This document shows, piece by piece, positions 54,711-64,000 of a stretch of DNA of 64,000 nucleotides. The stretch's first letter is position 1. Each line of letters opens with the position of its first letter. Origin of the DNA: Octopus bimaculoides (lineage: Eukaryota); assembly GCF_001194135.2 (NCBI RefSeq), contig NC_068990.1:79820311-79884310 (forward strand), read 5' to 3'. The translations under genes were made by a program, and so were the position numbers. The notes under the pieces were generated by a model. That model worked only from the letters and a program-made list of their open reading frames with translations. It had not been told where the DNA came from and searched no databases.

Positions 54711-55087
54711 AAATGTTTTTTAATCGATACATCAATACTAACAGATGCCAATGTTTTTCTGAAAGAAACGGAGAAACTTTCAAAATACAAAGCTCTTGAA
54801 ATAGAGGTAACTCGAATGTGGAGCCTGAAAACAGAAATAATTCCTATCATAGTAGGCGCATTAGGCATGATAAAAAAAAACATTCAGACAAATGCATAAC
54901 AAAAACACTAGGACTTACAAGTATATATAACATACAGAAAATAGCACTACTAAGCACTGCACACTTCCTACGTAAAGCACTTTCAATACAGTGAAAATAA
55001 GAGCACTACAGCAAACCACAGCACATACCCAAGGCACACAGAGCTGCGCTCGGTAATGCAGTGAAATCATGTGATAAAATAAGACTT

Positions 55088-55091
<4 letters not shown>
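54711..55091 (+). mobile_element. R4/Dong-like (REL endonuclease) non-LTR retrotransposon 3' end
   Basis: KCFLIDTSI..EKLSKYKALEIEVTRMWSLKTEIIPIIVGALG..IQKIALLSTAHFLRKALSIQ*, then a 3' UTR ending in (AAT)n. The 5' junction lies in an (AAT)/(GAT) run. Confidence 0.88.
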
Positions 55092-55153
<62 letters not shown>

Positions 55154-55154
<1 letters not shown>

Positions 55155-55388
55155 TCCTACGTAAAATACTGTCTATGTGATCTCAAATTTTAAAGCAAAC
55201 ACATAATTTTCTTATGGTTTCTTAAACATTCAGTTGAACAAAACTGTACAAATCCAAATATATGGTACCCTAGGCATAACACCTACATGAACTTCTAACT
55301 TGTTGTCTCTTGAGGTCTCTGGGTGAGACTTGGATCCAACTTGTACAAATGCAAAACAAAAGTCAAACATAAAATAATAATAATAATA
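55154..55388 (+). mobile_element. Second, shorter R4/Dong-like 3' end
   Basis: ILRKILSM* plus a distinct 3' UTR, with (AAT)n on both sides. Confidence 0.6.
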
Positions 55389-55619
55389 TATTTTTTATTT
55401 ACTGCTAGGCGTTCACAAAATATAGTGGGGACGGTAGAGGACGATGCAACGTCGTGTTACATAAACAGAAGCGTGTTAATAGTAAAAACGATAAGAACAC
55501 AAATACAATACAAATTTTAACAACGAAAAATTCTCCAAAAGTGGGAGATTTCTTTGGGCTGCTCGTGAAGATTCCACAAAACCACTTGGGCAGTTATCCT
55601 CACCACATCGTCTTCCTTC

Positions 55620-55830
55620 AGGGTATGATTACTGGCCATCATATGAGAAGAAGGCTTCGGAATACTTTATGAAGTCTGGAAAGATGAAAGGAAGATCAGG
55701 CAGACAAATAGATCAGATAGTTGATAATCTTACCATGGTAACAGAAAGACCGCCTTAATAACTGGTTAAGTTTGTGTAGGACACACTGGAGTGACTGTGA
55801 CTATCAACACTTGTATGGCATGTAATGAAG
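55620..55830 (+). mobile_element. RTE-clade LINE C-terminal fragment
   Basis: GHHMRRR..SGKMKGRSGRQ..QIVDNL resembles the RTE GH.MRR..LE....GK..G.R.RGR motif, with frameshifts. Confidence 0.5.
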
Positions 55831-57383
55831 AAAAGAGTCTAATTTGAAAGAGTTTGACAGCTATTTGTGATGTTGAGCGGTAATATAGAAGCTCCTTTGT
55901 TGGTTCATAGTAGGGATGGCTAGTGGCGGTAACGTTGATGGATATAAGTATTTAAAATAGAGGGTAAGAAGTTGAAGAGCATCGGCAGTCTAAGTGTTAG
56001 AGAGACCTGATTGAAATACATCTAACACTATAGGGAATCGAATGTGGTCAGGCATCTTCTCGACCTATTGATTATCACCATGTTAATGTTTTCAAGTTTC
56101 TACTGTTTCACTTTGTCTATACTACTAACATTAGAAACAAAGATGGAAAAATAACGGCAAAAAAACAAAAGGCAGGAAGAAAGAAAAGAAAACGACTAGC
56201 CATTCTATAGCGAACAGAATAATAAATAAAGTGATGCGTAGATAAGGAAATATAATATATTGAAAATTTCCAAGATATAGATAAATAAGCAAGTGAAAAA
56301 TGAAAATAATATCGAAAATTAAAGTTTAGATTAAAGAAGGGAAACTGAAAGAATGATGAAATAACTACAATAAAAAGAAATAAAAGCTATCGATAGTGTG
56401 GAACTGTACGACAGCAAAAACGCAGTGGTATCAATCCACAATGTTTAAAAGGAGAATATTCAGCTTTGAACAGAAAAGAACAAAAATCTATAAAATGTAG
56501 ATAATCTATGAAAACATTAAAATTATTAAAAAACAAAAAAATACTGCCGGTTTTTTTTCCACATCTATTAATATTTCGAAAAGTTATAAGGAGGAAAAAA
56601 AAACAAAACGAATTTAGTACAAAACCCACATTGCTTTGGGTTGTATATATAGTAAACACGTTTAGTAAACATATGTACGCAAACATTCGAAATATACATA
56701 CAAATCAGTGAAAGGTTTCTTTAATGCTTTTGTCAAACCTATTGAACATAGCTTCTATATAATACGAGCTGCATATTTTACGTGATAACATTTTAGGACA
56801 AGAAACTTCAAAAATAATGACAACAAGCTAGTAACCTGTTCATCGATCGAACGTCATTTACATCGGCCACATCTAAAGGCTACATAACAAGAAAATCAAC
56901 GTACATACCCATAAAATTATATGCATCAACATTCCCAAGCATGTCTATCTATCTATCACTACCTTCAATTTTCAAGACTTTTCGATTCACAGCGCACTGG
57001 ATAAGATCTTAAAAGTGTAGCATACCATCAGCTTTAAAAAGCTTTATCGTACTACCTATATACACATACACACACATAGGTATACCCATACACACACCCA
57101 CGTACACATACTCACCATACTCACACCCACGTACACATATATAAATAACGTGTGATAGAATTGCTATAAAATAGAGATGCAATTTGAAGCGAAGAAAAAC
57201 ACGAGTGTAGTGTTTTAAAAAGGCATTTTCTAAAGACATTACTATTATCTAACTTATATAAAAACTCGCCATACGATTCTCTTATTCTCCATTTCTCTTT
57301 CTTCATCTATCTGTTTGTTTGTCTGTCTGTTTGTCTGTCTGTCTATCTATCTAGCTATCTATCTGTCTCTGTCTGCTTGCCTG

Positions 57384-57464
<81 letters not shown>

Positions 57465-57566
57465 GGTGAGAAGGAATATAAAGTTTCGGCTATGTACCTG
57501 TGTATCCTTCATGGGACTGAGCAACACACTCCATACACTTTATGGAGTGTTGTAATAATAATAATA

Positions 57567-57729
57567 ATCCTTTCTATTATTGGCACAAGGCCTGAAATTT
57601 TTGGAGAAGGGCCAGTTGATTAGATCGACAGCACTTCACTGGTACTTAATTTATCGACCCCGTAGCGACAGACGAAATACCGCTAAGCATTTCGCCCGGC
57701 GTGCTAACGATTCTGCCAGATCGCCGCCT
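57567..57729 (-). mobile_element. Internally deleted tRNA-derived SINE
   Basis: Family tail and head complement, with an (AAT)n flank. Confidence 0.8.
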
Positions 57730-57740
57730 TGAAAATAATA

Positions 57741-58000
57741 ATTAAGGCCAATAGGCCAGATATAGTTGTCAGAGATCATGAAGAAAAAAAATGCTTTCTA
57801 ATTGATGTATCAATAACAGCAGATGACAACGTTTCTCAAAAAAGAAATGGAGAAACTTCCAAAATACAAAGACCTGGAAATAGAGGTAACTGGAATGTGG
57901 AATCTAAAAACAAAAACAATTCTTACCATAGTGGCTGCATTAGGTATGATAAAAAAAATATTCAGGCAAATACATAACAAATATATATAACATACAAATA
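57741..58000 (+). mobile_element. R4/Dong-like REL endonuclease fragment
   Basis: KANRPDIVVRDHEEKKCFLIDVS carries the PD..D nuclease motif. After a frameshift it reads EKLPKYKDLEIEVTGMWNLKTKT. Confidence 0.88.
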
Positions 58001-60589
58001 CATAATAAATATGTATTTGCATGTCGACCCTATGGAAGGCTTTTTTTTTGCTGAGGGTCGTGGCAGGCTGTCAAGGTAGGCACTAAAGTCCGTTCTGTGT
58101 TCCGGCTCGCCATTGTTATTATTCTATCGATTGTACAATTGCTATTTTCGTGACCCAGAGAATCGTTTCAAGAAGGTGGATAATCTGTATAATTTACCAA
58201 CTTATTGGAAAATAAATGTTATATAGAGATCCTAGTTTTTTTATGAACAACAGTGTTCTTTTGAGTAGTGCTCGTATTCTTAGTAGTATCTGTTCTATGA
58301 AGAATTTCTGGTTATGCTTAATATACAAACTGGAATCATTCGTCAATCCAGAGCAAATATCCCCCCCCCCAGACATTCTAAAACAAGTGTTAAATCATAT
58401 TACTAATATTTCTTGTGCGCTATGCATAACATTCACTTTCTTCTGACGAGAGTCACTGTGGCCCTGTTGTTAGTACAATCCAACAGTGCTGTTGATGTGT
58501 TTACTGAAGTGTGTGCATTTACTGTTATATCCTCTAACTACATTTATTCGTACCTTTGCTGAACGGAAATAATTTCAAATTCGATATCTGTGTTCAGCGA
58601 AATATTGAGTTACGTTGTTGTTTTGTACGCTGTTATATCCAGAAGCTCTAATTATTTCCATACATGTGCTGTCTTGCGCCCATTGAACTGTGTTAGAGTA
58701 ACAAGTGAATATCTATTCACTGGTTGCATTTATTAAAATATTTTACCACGGAAAATGAATAAATATTGTTTTATTTAGTTCTTATAAAGTACCTAACTTA
58801 TTTTACTAGCATCGCTGTAGATTCTGACAACTAACATATATATTTATTGAAACATTGCATTGACAAAAGTATATAGTATCACAGTTCCCTACTGTTATAC
58901 GTGTATGTATCGTTACAGGTTACCGATGTATTAGGAGCACTACCATTACAGTTATCAGAGGTGTATGAACGGCTACACATGTAGTCTATTTTTAATGACT
59001 TATACTACAAGTGTATCATTTTTAGTTCTTAATTATTGAAATTCCCAGGAAATGATGATGCTTTTGCTGTTATCACGAGATAGTAACATCATTAGGAAGT
59101 CAATTGTTATCCATTATTAGAAGCTATTTGTTTGAGACAGTACGGAGATAACGTTATCACAAATACTTTTTTTTAATAATTAGTAAGTGTATGTATTACT
59201 ATGACCTGATAATACATCGAGTAAATGCATCTTGGGTTACTACATATAGTATTTATTTATATATTATATATTGAAAATTGTGAACAATAGTCTTGCTAGC
59301 CAAATGTTTCTAATGAGTCAGTCATTGGTTCACATTTTTGAGGGTGTGAGTGAGGTAAGAGTTCCTGTAATTTGATATAGAACAAATATTCCAAAAGACT
59401 TCGCTTGAAAATCACCGGTTGTTGGGGTTTCTTACCGCTGTTTTTTTTTATATGCTTTGCCTTTATACATCGGCGAGAGATATACAGATTCATGCATATA
59501 CTTTGAGGGTAATGGAAAATCGTATTTTTTACTTTGACGTCAATGCAGGAGCAATTTTGTTAGCTGAAATACGTGAATTAATCGGCTTTTAATTATTACA
59601 CTTTGTACACATTATATTTAATTTAATAAAAGGTACTTTGTACTGCAGTGAAAGCTTACTACTATCATACTGAAGGAATGACAAAAAAAACAAAAAAAAA
59701 ACAGAGGAAAATTGATTAAGTTTTATCGAAATACTTGAACCTTAAAATCAATGTCTACTCAAACCTCAAAATACTTACTGCTTCGAATACCGTTAAAATT
59801 AGATATTTGCAAATATATCTATCAAAAATTGAATAAAATCCTGCATAAGAAATCCCAGAAATTCCATATTATTCAGAACTCATAAATTTCACCAAATATC
59901 TAACAAAAAAGAGACCAAATTCAGTTACTCTAGTACTTCCAAATTCCATTGTTCCTGTTGAATATGTGTGCTTCACACATCATCATGCCATGAAATTGAA
60001 TAAATCCGAACCCAGAAGTTAAATGCCAAACATGTGTCACCATCTAAAGTTTCTATTTGTTACTAGTAAATATATAATCAATTGAGCATAAAAACTAGTT
60101 TATCCGTTTAACTAAGATAGCACCAACACAACTTACACAAAGGTTATGGAACCAAATCAGATGCAAAGACAACACTCTGAAAAAGCACCTCCTGAATATG
60201 AAGGAGGAAAAATTATAAATTTTGACATAATTAAAAACACCAATAATCTCTGATTTTCCGAAACCTACGCATTAGAGGAACATTTTGAAATTTTGCTACA
60301 TCTCTGAAATATCTCAAATCACAATTCAAACATTATAATCTTTCCGAGGACATGTAATTTAATCTTTATTTAAGTACTACAAAAGCCCACACATTAACTA
60401 TTCTTTTACACTAAAATTAACTCTGCGAATAACATCTCTTCCATCATAAATTGTAAAACATATCACTACAGACGCTTCATTTTCAACCTACGCATTCTAC
60501 ACTCAACCACCATTACACGTTATTCTTTCTCCCTCTCCATCCCTGCAACACACTATCCACCCAGTAAATTCAACAATCCTTATATTAGT

Positions 60590-60785
60590 TTCAAAGTCCG
60601 GCACAAGGCCAGCAATTATGGGGGAAGGAGAAAGTCAGTTACATCGGCCCCAGTGCTCAACTGGTACCTATTTTATCGATCTCGGAGGGATGAAAGGTAA
60701 AGTCAACCTCGGCAAAGTTTGAACTCAGAGCGTAAAGACAGACGAAATGCTGCTAAGCTAACGATTATACCAGTTCGCTGCCTCA
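60590..60785 (-). mobile_element. tRNA-derived SINE
   Basis: Reverse complement of the family head and body. Confidence 0.8.
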
Positions 60786-61062
60786 AACAACATTCCTAAT
60801 ATTAACAACCTTTCCAAGTGAGACGACTTATAGCGAATCAAATCAGGAATAATAATTTCCAGAATGAGACGTTTCACAACCTAACAATTTATAAAACTAT
60901 TTTATGTTTAAGAATGTTTTACGTCTGTTCACTACTGTCTGATGTACCGAAAGTTTAAACTGTCATTTATGCTAGTGACGGTCAAGCTGTGATTAAGTTT
61001 CGTATCAATCTATGACGTATATTCTTTTTTCTTGTCTGTGAATGCACTATACATAGTCAATA

Positions 61063-61141
61063 TACAGAGTGGCGCAAAAGTCACAGAGGGGTCTAAAAGC
61101 TTAATAAATTTGTTTTAATTATACGTGACTTTCTCCCCACC

Positions 61142-61198
<57 letters not shown>

Positions 61199-61262
61199 AT
61201 CGTAAATTTAAATCACCATAAATGAATTATTAACACCTTCGTGACTTTTGGGCCACCCTATA
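61063..61262. mobile_element. Tc1/mariner-type MITE containing a (TGTC)n microsatellite
   Basis: TA-flanked TIRs cagagtggcgcaaaagtcac / gtgacttttgggccacccta. Confidence 0.8.
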
Positions 61263-61303
61263 TATAATACATAAATAATATATAAATTGTCTCTGTCTCT
61301 GTC

Positions 61304-61350
<47 letters not shown>

Positions 61351-61362
61351 GTNNNNNNNNNN

Positions 61363-62518
61363 ACTTGTAAAGGTTTATATCTTTTATTAATTGACATTTT
61401 TATGTTTTAGGTTCTATATCTGACTGTTTAATCATGCTATGTACAAAAGAAACCTCGGAACTGTCTGAATTTCAAAGATGCCGTATTGTGGGTCATTGTG
61501 AAGGTGGACATAGCGTAAAATCGCAGAAAACCCTGGGATCCCACTTTCTACAGTTAATAGAGTGATTGTGAAATTCACCAGAGAGGGAAAGGAGTCCACG
61601 TCACCTCACCCAGGTCAACCAGGTCCCTCTCACAAGACCCTTCTCTTTGTTAAGAGAAGTGTGGAGGATAATTCTCGTTGCTAGGCCTCTGACATAGCAG
61701 AAAACATTGATGTCAGTCCTAGAAGAGCTGACAAGTATCTCCACAAACTTGGTTACTATGACAGAGTAGCAAGAAGGAAGCTGCTTCTTCGACCAGCGGA
61801 GAAAAGATTGGGTGAGTGAGATGGTGGAGAGACCACTAGCATTTTTGTACGCTGTCATATTCTCTGATGAGTCCAGATTTGCTGTATTTCCTGAAAGTGT
61901 GGGTCTAGAGACACTGATCAAGAATTTGATGTGATGTGAAAAGATTGCAGCCAACAGTGAAACACGTCAGCTATTTTGTGATGGTCTGGGGAGGAATTTG
62001 GAGCAATGGTTGATCAGAGCTAGTGGAGTGTGAGGGAAACATAAACTCAGATAAATATGTGTCCATATTGCAGAAAGGACTCCTAATCTTCTCCAGTGGT
62101 GAAATGATTAAAGAAGACTATTTATGGAAGATGGGGCTCTTTGTCACACGGCTAAAATGACCCAAGATTTGTTGGATGAGAATGCCATTAAAAGGTTTCC
62201 ATGGCCGGGCCAGTCATGAGATATGAACCTATTGAATACCTCTGGGACATAATGGACAGGACGCTTCATAAAAAGAACAAGAAAGCATCTTCAATACCAG
62301 ATCTTTTGATATTACTGTATAAAAGTTGGCAAGATATTCCGCAAGAGAATATTCGTCATCTGAATAGTAACATGCCTAATAGTGTCCCTGTATTGAAAAA
62401 TGCAAAGGGCATGTCTATTAATTATTATTCACATTATAATAATTAATAAATAATTTGAATATATAATTTCAGATTTAAATAAATTTTAAGTTAGTCTATT
62501 TACTTTCGTCATGTTTAT
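61363..62518 (+). mobile_element. Decayed Tc1 transposon (DD34E), 5' end in gap
   Basis: From ATG 61434 it reads ELSEFQRCRIVG, VIFSDESRF, VMVWGGI and EDGALCH(34)WPGQS*DMNPIEYLW, with multiple stops and frameshifts. The 3' TIR-like end is gtctatttactttcgtcatg. Confidence 0.93.
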
Positions 62519-64000
62519 ATCATATATGATATAAAATACGTGTATGTGTGCGTGCGTGCGTGCGTGTGTGTGTGTATATAAATCTTACACACACAAGCAC
62601 GAATATACAAATACAACACACACACCACATACACACATACGCACACACACGCACACACATTCACACACACATTCACACACACACATGTATTTTATATCAT
62701 ATATGGTATAAAATACCTTTCAGAAGATGGTCTACACTGGGAGCAAACATAGAATCATGTTCTGAAGCAGACTTCTTAAGCCGCATTTATATGAATAGAA
62801 TTTACCAACAAAGCGTATGTAATACTATTAGGAATACTTATATCTAATGAATTTGCCAATGTAATAGTATCTGCTGCCGTCTGTGTTATATGATCAGATT
62901 ACGACATTGATTGAGATATTACATAATCCTATTTAATAAAAGATCCAACAACTGTACTTAATAATTATTATCATTGACAAGGAAAAGCTTGTAGTTCTGC
63001 ATGATCGTATCCATAAATTAAATATTGAAGACATCTGGGAAATGTATTTACTAGCTAGATGATACATCACTTCTATTCATTTAGTGCGTTGTTCATTGAA
63101 GGTACAATTATTATTGGCTGCAGAAAATGTGATTCTTTTATTAAGGCGACATAGACGTAAATATGGCACTGTTGAAAGACACGGCTTGTGGTATCAATAG
63201 AAACAAAGAATACAGATAGCTACTTAATTAAAATGCTTTCATGACATTGCCACGAACGGAATACAAATAAAGCTAACATCCTATTATGAAGGTCGTGAAT
63301 GAACTGGATTTTTATCGAAAAGTCTTCGAATATACGATATGATCTGCTTTTCCACAAGAGAAAAATTAATATTTCACGAAAGGTTTGAGCGTAATAATAT
63401 TCTCTTTAAACCATTCTGAAACTATACTATCTTTGTGACAGTATTCCCATAGCTTGGCCACATTTATTTCTGGTTAATTCATAGAAAATCTACCACCCGG
63501 TTTAACACCATCATCTGCTCCTGTGAAGCGCTTGTCGGATTGTACTCTATAATAAATATTCGATTTAGGTCTCCGGGTTGAAGATGTTTTCCTTTTCTTC
63601 TCCCAAGTGTATGCTCTGTAAAGGGGTATTGTGCTGCTTTCCATTCTCACCGAGACGTAAAAAATACGATTTAAAAGAGACATCGTTAATTTGTAACTGT
63701 AGTGGAATAACTCTACAACCCTACCCAATTCCTAAAATATACAACTCTAAATAGTTTCAAATAAAACATCTACTATCAAGACTGTTTATATATTTAGTTA
63801 AATTTATATTTTTTCGATTTTAATTTAGTCACCAAATATTTCGAGAAGAAATCAACTTTTACATTACTGTGTGTGTGTGTCTGCGCGCACGTGTGCGTTT
63901 CTGTGTATACCCGTGTATGTATGTGAGTGTGCGTGTCTGTGTAAGTTTCTGTCTGTGTGCGTGAAAGTGTTATTAAAATATGGCGGAATGATGAACATTG

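Noticed and set aside
59900-60560. Possible I-clade LINE C-terminal remnant
   Set aside because: There is only a CxxC-like word and compositional skew, with no continuous motif support.
63474-63728. 84-aa ORF ending in KPGG
   Set aside because: It shares a roughly 40-bp motif (ccacccggtttaa) with 24638-24665, which indicates a dispersed repeat rather than a gene.

Overview
This is AT-rich, repeat-dominated animal genomic DNA with seven assembly gaps. The SINE families resemble those I recall from octopus genomes, so a cephalopod origin is an inference. No intact protein-coding gene is supported: almost all ORFs in the track are microsatellite or N-run artefacts, or transposon debris. Recognisable content is two decayed DD34D mariners, one DD34E Tc1, an internally deleted mariner-like element, MITEs, many tRNA-derived SINEs, and RTE, CR1/L2-group, R4/Dong-like (REL) and Penelope-like retroelement fragments. 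The most interesting signal is a cluster of hammerhead ribozyme motifs within about 2 kb (47.8-49.7 kb). One is a complete type I hammerhead with a roughly 32-bp extended stem I (47852-47975). A second, degenerate hammerhead lies inside a 412-bp inverted-repeat-bounded unit. A third, partial hammerhead lies downstream of a tRNA-like Pol III head, antisense to a Penelope-like ORF. A few phase-compatible plus-strand candidate exons may belong to an unidentified host gene but are unproven.
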